Assembly (NCBI GenBank): GCA_011109175.1
Contig: RDEW01000046.1
Coordinates: 325,545-389,544, forward strand
DNA: 64,000 nt
Direction of reading: 5' to 3'
From: Dicyema japonicum
Taxonomy: Eukaryota > Animalia > Dicyemida
The position numbers and the translations under genes were made by a program. Positions 14,342 through 26,700 of the stretch are shown here, in pieces. Every line of letters starts with the position of its first letter. Positions within the stretch are counted from its first letter, which is position 1. The notes under the pieces were generated by a model, which had not been told where the DNA came from, did no database searches, and saw nothing but the letters and a program-made list of their open reading frames with translations.

Positions 14342-14735
14342 ATGTTTCTGAATGTCATATGTCTCGACATTTCAAAAGCATTTGACAGTGTTAACCACAG
14401 AGCCATAATCTGGCAGTTATCTCGGACGGGAAGCCCGAAGGAACAAGTGAATTTGGTGAAAGTTTACCTAGAAGGAAGAAACTCCCATGTTAAATGCGAA
14501 CGATTTTTTAAAAATATGATATTATTAAAGAGAGGAGTTCCACAAGGATCAATTTCGAGCCCTCTATTATTTAATGTTATAATGGCCGGTTTCCTGTCTT
14601 CGAGGTCACCAACTACGAGATTTCTGATATACGCACACGACATTCTACTGTCTGACGTGTCGAGATCGAGTATGATCTCGGAGAGGAGACTTAATGTATA
14701 TATGGAAGAGATAAAAAACCTCTCTTAATAATAAT
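14342..14735 (+). mobile_element. LINE reverse transcriptase fragment
   Basis: CLDISKAFDSVNH, RGVPQGSISSPLLFN, IYAHD (YADD mutated). Confidence 0.85.
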
Positions 14736-15289
14736 AACACTTTTATTAAAGACCAAGACTAATTCACCCTAAGACATTTGTCCATACCACGTCAAACGCG
14801 TTTTTAGACAAAATTAAAAAATTCGTTTTTGGGCGATATCTTCCAAATTGGGGTTGGGATTTTTTATTATTGATTTTTTACTTTTTATAGAAAGAACGAA
14901 TGTATTATTGTAAAGTAAAAATAGATAAATATTTTTAAATTTATTTTTATTGGAACCAAAACCACCGTAATAGGCAGAATGAAAACATTTAGGTGATCCT
15001 GGCCTCCCTCAGCAGTCTTTGCATGCTCGACTTGAAGGATGTGTCATCCAGGGGAACTCCTCTAAATGATTGTTGACTAATGGTCCTTTTTGGATATAAT
15101 TTAGGATTATATCTGCGCCACCAGAGATGGTGAACCACATGACGCACGCTAACAATTAAAGCTCCCTGCAACAAAAAGGAAGAGGAGGAACAGAAGAAAC
15201 AAACAAAAAATCTTCATTTAATTAAATTAAATAACTAACATTTTTACAAGGCTACCATGAATTATAAAGAAGCATGAAATAAATTTCTT

Positions 15290-15880
15290 CGAGATGAGTT
15301 CAGTCATTAATTACAAGCAATGTCTTAAATATGACAAATCTATCGAATATTTGAAAAACTGAGAACTATTTCAGCACTCCTACAATCAAAACAAAAATAC
15401 AAGTAACATACATTACTAACTAATAGAGTCAGTGATTGTTGCATCACTGAAATTGATATTACCAGATGTTGTGGGTCTCATCGAAAAGCATAAAACAATT
15501 CCACTCAGCAATGATTCCATTCGTCTAAGAATCGACCAAATGAGAATAATTATTGAGTTGGTTTTTTTTTCAAACTTAATGAGGTTAGTAAATTAAGACC
15601 ACTTTTAGGTATTAAGGATATCATGTAGATGCTAAAAGAATAACAAAATATTTTATTATTTTCATAAAATAAAATTTGTCACTTTGCTGGATTCGAAAAA
15701 GTTGCAAGATTATGATTTTGGATATTCGAAGATTATAGATCAGTTGCCAAAATTTTGCAATTCCATCTTTCAGATAATCTTTTACTTTCCTATTTCATAT
15801 CTTGTTGAGAGAGAATACAGCCCACTTGTTTAATGAAAAGTAAGCGAAATAAATTGAAAGTTTGTGAGGCGATATTTGAC
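15290..15880 (+). mobile_element. Buster/ZBED-type hAT transposase remnant
   Basis: IPLSNDSIRLRIDQM (~15495) and FPISYLVERE (~15790) match hAT-Buster motifs; heavily deleted. Confidence 0.65.
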
Positions 15881-16955
15881 TTTAAGAAAAAAGTGAGCAA
15901 ATGGGTCATATAGCGACTGCCTGGCTATTCCCTCTCAGGATGGCGAGTGAGATTCTTCATATTAATGGCTTGTTTAATATCATTTTAATTGTAGCGAGTT
16001 GATGCTCTTTTGACAGTGACCAGTTTGCCTTAACTCATGGCTGTCAAAATAACCCCAACTCGCAACAATTAACACAAACAGCTGAGGACATTTAGGCAGA
16101 GTAATCAGTACAAATTAACTCATTTGTCTATATAAGGAATTAAGCCGTTTCTCTTACGTTTTCTGGCTTCGATTACCATCGAGAAACCCCAATAATTAGC
16201 TAAGTGATCTTTAAAATCACAATTTACACACTTTTGTACTTCAGTCACATTGACTTTACATTATGCCATAGAGTGAGGGTCCGACCACAGTAAACACTTC
16301 GCTTGATTCTTACAAAGACGAGTTATGTGTCTGAAATCTTAGCATCCGTAACATTGGAATTTGGCTTCCTGTACGACCCCGCACTACTTTTGAGAAACCA
16401 ATTTAACAAGACATTGAGCTTCTGTCAAACATTACCACTTTCACTAATGGTAATTCATTTTTAACAAAACTCTCAATCGTTAGCTTTCTCGATAGTTTCA
16501 CAGTAGGAAAACTTTCAAATTCTGAATTTTCCACCCATAAAGGGACGTTTCTTAACAAGACTGCAACAAGATTTCTAATCCGAATGAATGGCCTCCTTTA
16601 CCGAAAGGATTTTCTTTATCAAGGACGACTTGAAAATCTCCTCGATTGCGGATTGTTTCAATGAGGAGGATCGTAAAATCTGCATTGCTCACGAAGGACT
16701 TGCATACGTCATCGTTGGTCAGATAAATTGTTCATAAATCGTGGCAAGGCCACCAGTTTGGTCTCTAAGTGTTTTTGAGAGCACTTTTAAAATTCTCATT
16801 TTCTTTAGAGCAGAAGTTACTTTTTTTGTTTTTTTGCGGTTGCATTCTTGTTGCAACCATTTTATTCGCAGGTTACTAGGCGATCCGATTAAAAGTTTAA
16901 TTTACTTATAAAAAATTAAGCCAACAATGTTATTTGTTAAATAAAATGTTGTTAG

Positions 16956-19900
16956 TTACATATCACTAGATCCACCAAATAGGGAAAACGAAAAAGAAAC
17001 ATAATCCAACGGGTTAGCTTCCATTGTCGGTTGTGAGTAAGGTTGCATATTCCTTATGCAGTACTCAGCAAATTCATGTTCCAGGTTATCACGGAGTAAT
17101 TGTGAGGTGATATAAGGCTATATTTTACGAGGAACCGTACCTTTCCATTGGCCAAAATACGGAAACAACTGGTTATGTTTCCCACGGTTTCATGGGACTC
17201 GTTTATCTCATTCATAAATTCAAGATACGCGGTAAAAGTGATCGATCCTGTGTTATTTTTGTCAAGTCGCTTCATCAGTTCATAAAACGCCTCGTCCTTA
17301 AAGTAAATCCCCAATCTTACGTTTTCAACAGTCGCAGAATCATAACCCAGAGATACGAGACAGTTTCTGAATTCCTCCGGGTCCAATTTGTGGTCATTAT
17401 CCTTGTCAAAGTGAGCAAATGACGTCTGGTAATTCGAAATGTTCTCCTGTGATATCCCCGTCGACTCCATTCGAGCCAATTTCTGTTGTTCTACTTCAAT
17501 GTAGACCGAGGATATATAAGACCGCAGTTTTTCATAGTCAATCTTCAGTTTCTGGACGCTGTAGCCAAGATTTCGAGTGTCAAACACCTTCGCATCCACC
17601 ACCTTCTGGTATTTAGCTTCGAGGAGTGCAAGGGTGGGTTCAAATTCGGCTACTTTGACCTCGCATTTGACTAGATACTCCAATTCTGCTTCCAAGGTCT
17701 CCGAATTGATTGACTGAATCTCCTTGATATCCTTCGCCATCTTTCTGATCCAATTATTGGCCTCTATCGACGAGTTTCTAAAGTTCTCCTTAACGACATT
17801 GATCTTAGAGTCACCACATAACAAACATGTCTTTGATTTTTGGCCTCATCCTCGAGTTCTTTCAGCCTCACTACTCTCATCTTATTCATCTTATTCCATG
17901 CCGCCATGACGGACTAATATGTCAAAAAATGGGGTACATCAATACTCACAACAGAGTAAACAGTCTCCTTCTGTTTGGGGAGGTCGGTACCCTCACAGCA
18001 TCGCCCAATTTCAGTGGCCAACAAGCGGATCTGCTCAAGTCTGGCTTCAGCCGAAGGTAGAGTTTCCGCGAATTCTTTATTTGAAACAATCATTTGATTA
18101 GCGTCGGATTCGCAGTTTATAATGTTAATGTTCTCGAAATCATCATTTACGGAATCCAACCATTTCTTGAAGGCCTACAAAACTGTTGAAGGCAATCAAC
18201 CGTGACTCTGACAGCATATTCAAGCTGTATAGTATCAACTTTCTCCAAAACAGCACGATATTTCTGCAAGCAGTTACAACGGGGGAAACCTCGATCCTAT
18301 TAATAATACCAAGACAAGTGCTAGACAGATCTGCATGTTTATCAACCAATTCCTTCTCCCGCTTATTAATGTTGTCCACATCGTAATAGTTCTGCTTTCT
18401 GCTAATAATGATTTGCTATCAACCGAAAAAATGCAGCAATTTCGGAAATATCAGAAAATGAATCATTCTCGGGATCCTCAATGGAAAGGTCGTCTCTGAC
18501 CGTGAACGCCATATTAAGCATCGGCTGCGGTTGCAAACCAAAATATACCTTAATATCGCCCAATTTTACTGAATTTGGGTTTATTGCGGGGAGCTCCGAC
18601 TTCTTTTCGTTCAGCCAGTTTTCGTATGAGGCACAACGTTTGTAAAACTTGTTTAATAACTGGGAGAAGAATCGCAGTCTAAATATTTATATGATCACTA
18701 CGTTTCTATAAGCTTGAATATCCACTCTTCGAAGCCTTCCTCAGCAATGTCCAGTTTGGCCCACTCCCTTTCGATATCCTATAATTTCTGAAGAAGAAAA
18801 CCGAGATAAGCTGTCCTTCCTTGGAATAAAGCAAGGCCTTCCTGAAAGTTTAAGTCGTGTTTGCAGGCAGTTATAGATATTCTCCAACTCGATCTTCTCT
18901 CCATAGTAAGATGGTTTCTCAGTGAGTCCATAGTTGTGGTAAGCATTTAGTATTTTATAAGCATTGTTCAACGAATTTTCCACAGGGCGACTGTTCAGCC
19001 ATTTTACAGTCGATTTAATCCATTCCAATAACTTCAATGAACCGGCAAATAAACCCTTGTGCTCAGACCTTCGTAGTTTTCCATCAAATTTTCGCTTTCC
19101 TGGTTCACCTTCAAAGCCTGACATATAGTCTCCGCAGCTTTCACCGCCTACCGTAAAAATGTCTCCGACCTTCTGGTCTGAAGTAAAACGGTGGTAGAAA
19201 GTGGAAACGTAAGCCATGACTGATAATTCGTCAGCCATTCCAGGTTGGAGAAGATCTCATAACAGAATAAAACCAACCTTCAGTGTCCAGCATCTTTGGG
19301 ATGTCCAGGTGTTTCTCAGCCACGGCAAAGGCGTCGTTGAGGTTATTTCTGGGATACATTCTCTAACATATAATCAAATCAAACATCATATTTTTGTATA
19401 TCTATCAAATCTGGTCTGTGACGGTGGATTAGAGCTCCAAAGGCCATTCCGTCCTTAAAACTAGGAATAAAGGAGAGAGATAAGCCTCGTGTGGAAGTTC
19501 TGGATGTCGACTCCTCGGTAGCCTGCGGTCTTCCGCTGAGTCCATAACAAAAGTCCCTCCTTGGCGGACCGTTCTAAAGTATGAGGTGGAAATACCTTCA
19601 ATGTGGATATTTTGGATGGCAAATCGCAGAATTATGGTCCAGATCATACCCAGAGTCATTTTTATGTTTCCATCCACGATTTCTGCGGTGGAATAATAAA
19701 CTCAACCTTCTGCGCCGATCGATGCGAGTCTGACGCCTTTGGTTTCAATAAAATTCAATGCTATATTTAAATTTGCAATTTTGTGGAATCTCATAGTCTT
19801 GGTCTCTGGTCTCGGAAGACTTTCATTCGAAATGACTTCAAGTAATTTTATCAGTAGAAGGCCGTCCATAAAATCCTTATCAAAAGCCTCAACTTTCATA

Positions 19901-20037
19901 TCTACTTTCTTCAAATGAGAATTGCACCACTCAGTGAAAGCCTGGATGAATATAATCGAGATTACCCTTATTTGCTGTCTCTCCCATGAAGGATCCAGCA
20001 CACTTTCTCTATCCCAAGTTTCATTATTAGAGTCCAT
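16956..20037 (-). CDS. ACTN: Alpha-actinin; ~18 introns of 22-26 nt including one GC-AG (19461-19485); apparent 1-nt deletion at ~18821
   Basis: CH1/CH2 ([59 protein letters not shown]), four spectrin repeats, EF hands, C-terminus [17 protein letters not shown]. Confidence 0.97.
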
Positions 20038-20769
20038 TCAAGGCCTGTAAAAGTTCAAATTTATTTTATTTATGATTAGTGATATAATATATTATTAATT
20101 TATATAATTTATAGAATATAAAATAACATATTAATTTTACCGACTGTTGACTCCAAATTTATAATTATAAATTATATTTCAAGTCACTAAATCACCTTGA
20201 ATTTCTAAAAATTGATATCCAAGATCTAAGTAAACTAAATTTTCTAGTTCTGCTTGTGGGTTTCATAAATCTAGTCATTAGTGGTTTTGAGAGATTCTTG
20301 TGAAGAATTTACATTTATAGTGATTAAAATCGTGCTCATGCTATAGTGGCTTTCAGATTCATTATTGAGCGCATTATGGATAAACCATTATTCTAAATTG
20401 CAAGATTAAAAGTAAATGAGCATAATAATGCCTACAAATATTGAGAGATCGATGATAATCAAAGATAGTACGCCATTTTCAATGGTAACCGTACTAATCA
20501 CTATTGATTATCAAAAAAATATTAAATTATATTAAAAATTATTAAGAACGTCTGCTTGTGCCGACCAAATCCATCCTCCGATAGTCTATTGAAGACTTCC
20601 GAAGAGAAGTGAAGAAGTAGGTCCGCCCTCTTTTATTTTCATCACATCTTCTCTATATTCTTCGGCGGAAGAGTGGTAATCTTCACTAGGCAATCACAAA
20701 TATAATAATTTAAGCCATGAAAACCGCAGTAATTTATCAAAATATTTTCAGTTTCTATTATTTATTTAA

Positions 20770-21236
20770 TAACCCCGAAAAGATAACACCAAGAAAGAAG
20801 GAGTAAACCAACTAATTAAGTGATCCTGGTACGCCTCAACAGGATCGAGAGGTTTTACTATGTTCCTCCAGAGTACCCACGGCTTTCCTGTATAGACGAC
20901 GATCATCTTTCACTAGAGTTTGAAGAGGGGTGGGTTTTTCCTCAAATTACGTGTATTTGAGGCTTCTAGCCTTGAATGGAAGAAACGACTTGTTTCTTGA
21001 TCACACAGACCGATGAAGCCGGAGCCGTTATTTTTGATTGCGGCGTGGTCAAGCATTGGGGGAAAAGATCGGGGGTAGATTTGTTGACATGCAAGTTTGC
21101 CTACTAGGGAGTTGATCTTGTATGAATTGGATATTGAAGCTCCATAGGCCCATGAGGCACAAGCAAACTCTACCGTCGGTTTTAGAAGTTGATTGTACAA
21201 GACGACAGCGCATTCCCGTGACGGCCTGGACTTCAA
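20770..21236 (-). mobile_element. 3' fragment of an APE-type LINE
   Basis: LYNQLLKPTVEFACASW motif and the family 3' end (..gatcacttaattag..ggttattaaataaa). Confidence 0.65.
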
Positions 21237-21680
21237 AAGGTCGCTTACCTATTAATGCCGCATTGAATAATGTCATTCAGGCGAACCCTCGAGGTACAGG
21301 CTTCCCAGCTCAACTGGAGCTTGTTGGACTGGATCGTAGAGATTGCAAGAAGCCAGACGGAATGACTCTTTTCCCACATTCACACGGAAGATAATTGGTC
21401 TGAGATTTAACCTGTGTGGATACTTTCTCCACTTCGCTTCTTCTGAGATCAATCAGAAACCTGGATATTCGGCCAATGCAGCTAAATCGGTCAAGATCTA
21501 AAGTACTCGGCCATTGGAGACTGATTTACACCAGTGGCCATAGAAACGTCGGGAGCCTTAGGATCCCTCACTGCGGGTTTTCTGAAAGAAATAGGAGGGA
21601 AACTAGCGAGCCGAAAAAAAACCCCGCGAATCGTTCTGGCTAAGGTAACGAGTCGGGATTGCCGAATTACGTGGAAAAGT
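21237..21680 (+). mobile_element. CRE-like REL domain fragment
   Basis: ALNNVIQ, LDRRDCKKPDGMTLFP, LV*DLTCVDTFS, VAIETSGALG...FLKEIGGKL. Confidence 0.75.
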
Positions 21681-22959
21681 ATATGTAATTTTTATTTTTT
21701 ATTAAAGAAGTTCAAATTTTATTGTGGCGGCATGCGGTTCAACTGTTGTCGTGGTGGCGCCCAGTGCAAGTTTTGCATTAAAGAGAACCGTTTGAATTTC
21801 TTCACACCTCTACGTATTTTTGAAGGGTGGCTTACCAATTTCAATTTGCAAAGGCTTAATTATTTTAATTTTTTGTTAATAAATTGTTTTCCATTAAAAA
21901 TACTTAATATTTACAGTTTGGTGACTATAAGTGCAATTGTTCCTCAATCACTACTACTTGGATAGCAATCACTTGACCTACCTAGAATCTTATTAAGAAA
22001 TCCTCCCTTTTAGCAAAAAAGCAGTAAAAGCGATTGTCTAAAATTATTGAGGATTTTTACTTTATTAGTTTTGCAAAAATGTCTTTTGTATATTATTATC
22101 ATATATCTTTAAGAACAGAAATGGACTTTGTTTCTTTAGTTTTCATCGCTTTCCTGTACATAATTTTTGAGTTTGAGAAACGTGAGGTCTAGTTGAAATA
22201 AACTTGTGAATTAAGATGATCAAAATACTCAAGTATTTTTGTCAAAAACAATAGTTAATAACTTGATATGAAATATTTACCATTAAAACTTGGCTAACAA
22301 ATTTTTGTATAGAAACGAGGACAAGCATAACGACTTATTAACCTTAATGAAATAATAAATGATATTTACTCACCATTTGTTCAAAAAATATTTATTGGAA
22401 ATGTATTAGGCTCATGATGGGTCGTTGGATTGAAAGGTAAATAGAACATTAAGATTATTTATTTTCTTCGGTCCTTCATGATTCCGAAGAGAGGTGGAGA
22501 AGTAGATCTGCCTTCTTCAATTTTCATCACACGTCCTACTGTCCCAGACATCACTTTATTTTTTAGAGGAAGAGTTTTCATAATGGTAGTCATCCCCAGT
22601 GGAATTGGTCAGGAGGAGGTAAGAGGATCATTTTCAGTAACTGTGTTATACCAGAAGGACTCGTCGTCTCGCAGAATTGACCTTCGCTGAAAATACCATC
22701 TTTCTTATTCGAACTCGCGTTCAGCCAAAAGGGGGTTTGGTTGACAAAAACAGACGTTCTTTCTTTGGTTCCTTCCTAGGAGGATGGGTAAGTGAGGAGG
22801 GTGAATATTATAGTTAACATCGTTAATACCTGGACTCTTTCCGTTATTCAGTTTATTGGAATGTCTAAACATCTCGGATCTCCGACAACTGATGTATCTC
22901 TTTATTATCATTTCTTAAAAGGGATTTAAAGTAGTCGAAATTTTTTTCGATCATCTCAT

Positions 22960-23200
22960 CTCTCTGGACGGCATTCTCTCAATGTTGGAACATTTTATCG
23001 ATTGAGACTGTTGACCTCAGGAGACGTGGAACAAAATCCAGGCCCAAAGAAGTTAACAATCTAGAGCGTAAACATAAACAAGATCAGAGGAAAGATTGCC
23101 GAACTTTCCTTATTCTTGGAGAGGAACAGAGTAGATATCTGCCTTCTCCAGGAAACGAAGCTTTCAGAAAACATTTCTACTCCTCTCTTTAATGGAGATA
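22960..23200 (+). mobile_element. 5' part of an APE-type LINE ORF with a 2A-like peptide
   Basis: RLRLLTSGDVEQNPGP-KKLTI*SVNINKIRGK...DICLLQETKL. Confidence 0.85.
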
Positions 23201-23299
23201 GGATTTCTTTTTATTTTATTACTGTCTTCTTTTACATATCTTGTATTCTATATGCGTAGTCTTAAGTTTTTTGTGTTCTCGATGAAATAGCAATATGTT

Positions 23300-23950
23300 T
23301 GTCATATAAACGAGCCGATGGTGACGTTCTCATGTAACAATGACCGTACAATGGTTTTAATTCCGTTTTAGATTGACGTCCATCGATCTTTTGGTAGAAT
23401 CTCGGTGTTCAATTATGAAATAAATTGATTTGAGAATATGTAAACAGATAATATAATCATTCTGATTGTAAATGAGAATTTTTTTCCTTTGTCCCATCCA
23501 AGTGGTTACATGTTGAATGTCCTGCTGCACAGAGAGTCACTCAAAGCATTACCAATCAAGCTCATCATTCCTCTACTATGAGCTTTAATGAAATTTTCGT
23601 CTCTACGACGTATTCATACTTTTGCGTTCCAGTCTTGGGGGAAGCACGTATGGCAACGGGAAGATTTGAATAAAAATTTTCAATTTCTACAGGACATTTC
23701 ATTGCCATATCCATTGCATACGTGTTAACATAGTCAGAGGCATTTTTCTCATCATTAGTTGTAATATTTATATCCTCCCACTAACTCTCCAACACTTGTG
23801 ACTTTAGTTGACATGAGGTTTATGGGTTGCAAAACCATTATGATTTAAGTAAAATTACCATGCATCGTCCAACTAGTTTATCCAAATATTTGTTTAGCTT
23901 GGTCTTTTGGAGACAAGAGACTAAAACTCCATAACGACTGCGGTCCTCGG
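23300..23950 (-). mobile_element. Decayed RTE-type endonuclease fragment
   Basis: CLQKTKL, DWNAKV..HSRG and YNQNDYIIC (compare YNQIDYIIC in the RTE at ~32440). Confidence 0.6.
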
Positions 23951-24735
23951 ACAACTGTTTTCTTAGTAGTGAAGAGAAAATTCCTCTGAAGTTAAATGTC
24001 GTAAATAAAAGTTTTCCAGTGTTGTATTAAGCATATGAGCAATAGAGGGACGTCACCACCTAAATAAATAAAAACCTTCTCAAATATAGGAAACCGGTAA
24101 CTAGCATAAAAGTAACAACCAAAAACTCTAGCTTCAAGAGATCAGACATCTCTGGTGAGAATCAGAAATCGAAGACGAACCAGGACAAGAGTAGATAAAT
24201 CGATTGTCAGATTCTGTTCATATAATCTTGTAAAGAAGTATGATTACCTTGGCAAAGGCGACACAAACTTTTCTCCAATGGAAGTTCGTGTGGACATCGA
24301 GATCACTTCTTTTCCTTTTTCCCGAGTTAATAAATTAAATAAACCCTTGCCCTCCTTCTAATGAATGAAATGACAGATAATGAAGACATTATATGTATAA
24401 AGTATCGAAGAAGTGTCGGGTACACCAAGATACTAATAGTCTGGTCACAACTCTGGGTGATTTTGACATTGGTTCTTTACCTTAGTGGTAACTATTAGTC
24501 AAAATGGTAGAAAACGTTTTATCCTTTTCTACAGATATTTCCTATTTTCTTAGTCTCTTAACTTTTTGATTAAGTCGAGACTTATAAAGCACGTGTACAA
24601 TCAATAGAAGGATATTATTGAGACCATGAATGAAGTGTCCTCGGTATGTTTGATTGAAAAAGTGAGCTAAACCAAGTAACACAAAGTCTTTAAAATATTC
24701 GATTATTTAATGTAATTAAGGGTTCAACATCATCA

Positions 24736-25450
24736 CTAAACATCACAGATGGGTTCAGCATCCTCAATGATGTCACATTCAGATTCACTTATCTTTGAAG
24801 CAGACACGTCGTCAATTGAATCAGCATTCTAACTTAAATTTACATGGACAACCTCGTACAGATCACTCTGAGAAGACGATGACTTTAACAGGGCATCCAC
24901 AATATTTTTCTTCTCCAGTCTTGTTTTCTCATTTTCAAAAAAATCTTCCTTGTCACACTGTTCTAAGGTTTTGACTGACTCGGAACGACAGGGAGGATGC
25001 ATAGAGCTGCTAACCAGCTGCAGTAGGATGGGGACCCCTGAAGAATCTGGGTCATCTAGTTTAAGAGCTTCAATGATCTCTTTTCGGGTCATCGAACATC
25101 TTTGCTGAAAATAAGGCAGAAAGTACAATCGAGCATTCCGGTAGAAAAACAGACTCAGTTTTCTCAAGTTTAAAGAAATTCAAGAAATCGACGATAATAC
25201 TGAAAGCCAACAGGCCGTCCTCACTTTGAACAAATTCGGCGACTTTATTACGACTTGCTCCTTTCTGATTGATATAATAAGGAAGAAAACCTGGAAAATT
25301 CCCTGGTTTTCAAGCAGTAGAAAAATGCTTGCACGAATTTTGGCCTAATAGTAATGTAGATACCATTACTTTCACACTACCAAGGATTCCGTTGGAGTTA
25401 AGGTTTTGTAATACCAAATCTCTCAATTCAGTATCATCTTCATTTGACAT
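24736..25450 (-). CDS. CEP43: Centrosomal protein CEP43 / FGFR1OP (FOP), LisH-containing; 4 micro-introns
   Basis: MSNEDDTELRDLVLQNLNSNGILGSVK|AKIRASIFLLLE...SEDGLLAFSIIVDFLNFFKLEKTESVFLPE...GVPILLQLV...DVSASKISESECDIIEDAE; both conserved FOP ends are recognisable; largely missed by the ORF track. Confidence 0.88.
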
Positions 25451-25949
25451 TTTCGAATTTGGTTGTCCAGTGATAACAATTTTAAATCAGTATTTATTTA
25501 TTAAATATAAATATATTTTTTTATTATATAATATGTTGGACTGGACTTTGTAAGAAAGATGATCTTTTTTATGTAAGAAATAGCGTGCTTCCTCGTTAGT
25601 GAGGTCAAGTAATTGACTGACTAACATGTTCAGGCTTTGTAGGAACTTTAAAGAGGTTGATTATGCGGGAGAAGATTTCATTTTATTGGGACTTTTGTTT
25701 GATCAACAGATGTGTTTTTTAAACTTTAGCATAAATCGACTTTCAAATGTCCAAAAAAAGTAAACTTTCCCAAATTTGCCATTTTTGGTTCCAGCATTTT
25801 TTGCGGCAAATTTGAAATGGAAAATTTCAGAATTTAATCAATAATTTTAAAATAGTTATTGGGAAACTTCTCGTCGATGAAAAAACTAAATTTGATTTTT
25901 TACAAAAACAAAATTTTCGAATATTTGCTTTAAATCTTGTAGTAGATGT

Positions 25950-26700
25950 AATAAAGACGACATTCTCTTCGTTTTCAACGTTCTCAAGAAGATCCTTTTC
26001 AATTTCGCTTTACTCTTTCAGAACTTTAATACGGAAAAGAACATCGATAATCATATTTTTTTGAAACACCTTGGCATTTTTATTTTTCCAATCATAAAGG
26101 CTTTAATTTATGATTTTCAGACATATCTGCGCATAACATCACAGATACTTTATCTTTGAAGTTCTTGTATCACCGAACGGAGTTTTGCAGATACTTATGG
26201 GTGGAACAAGCTTGTAAAAAATCCCAGTTTCATCCAGGTTATAAATCTGATCGCAGGTATATGACTTTGAAACCTCTTGAAATTCTTTGAGAAACCCTTC
26301 ATTGTCGACACTTTTGCCAGTTCACATTTCCCATGTAATTTCCGCATCCGAAATCCATGCCTTTTCTTAAATTTGGATAAAAATCCACGAGTTTTTGAAC
26401 AATGCACCTTAAAATTTAAAAACATTAAGAATACCTTTTGATTCCATCGAATCCATCCACTCTACAAGCTTTTCATCAGTTACGGGAACTCTAACTTTTT
26501 GACTTTTTGTTAAGAATTTTTTAGTTTTGAATTGTTCAAAAATTGACTCACGACTCTTTAAGGTAGCGCTAACTGTCTTCCGGCAAACAAAAATGAAAAT
26601 TTATCGACATTCTTTGGCATGATAAATAAAGTTGTCTGTATCCTTATAACACAATATTTGGCAAATTCCCATCATCTTCTTACAATGCCTGACATTTCAA
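25950..26700 (-). mobile_element. pogo/Tigger-like (CENP-B/DDE_1) transposase remnant
   Basis: GFLSKFKKRHGFRMRKLHG and QIYNLDETG(I)FYK in adjacent frames. Confidence 0.75.

Noticed and set aside
17192-18386. Plus-strand ORFs overlapping alpha-actinin (and similar antisense ORFs over actin and the RTE)
   Set aside because: Antisense shadows of coding sequence with no recognisable motifs.
21395-21420. Alternative genetic code (TGA=Trp), suggested by TGA at conserved Trp positions in several TE remnants (~7565, ~21400, ~33290)
   Set aside because: These occur only in decayed elements, where TGG-to-TAG also occurs (~23062). Host genes use TGG for Trp, and the alpha2delta model ends in TGA.
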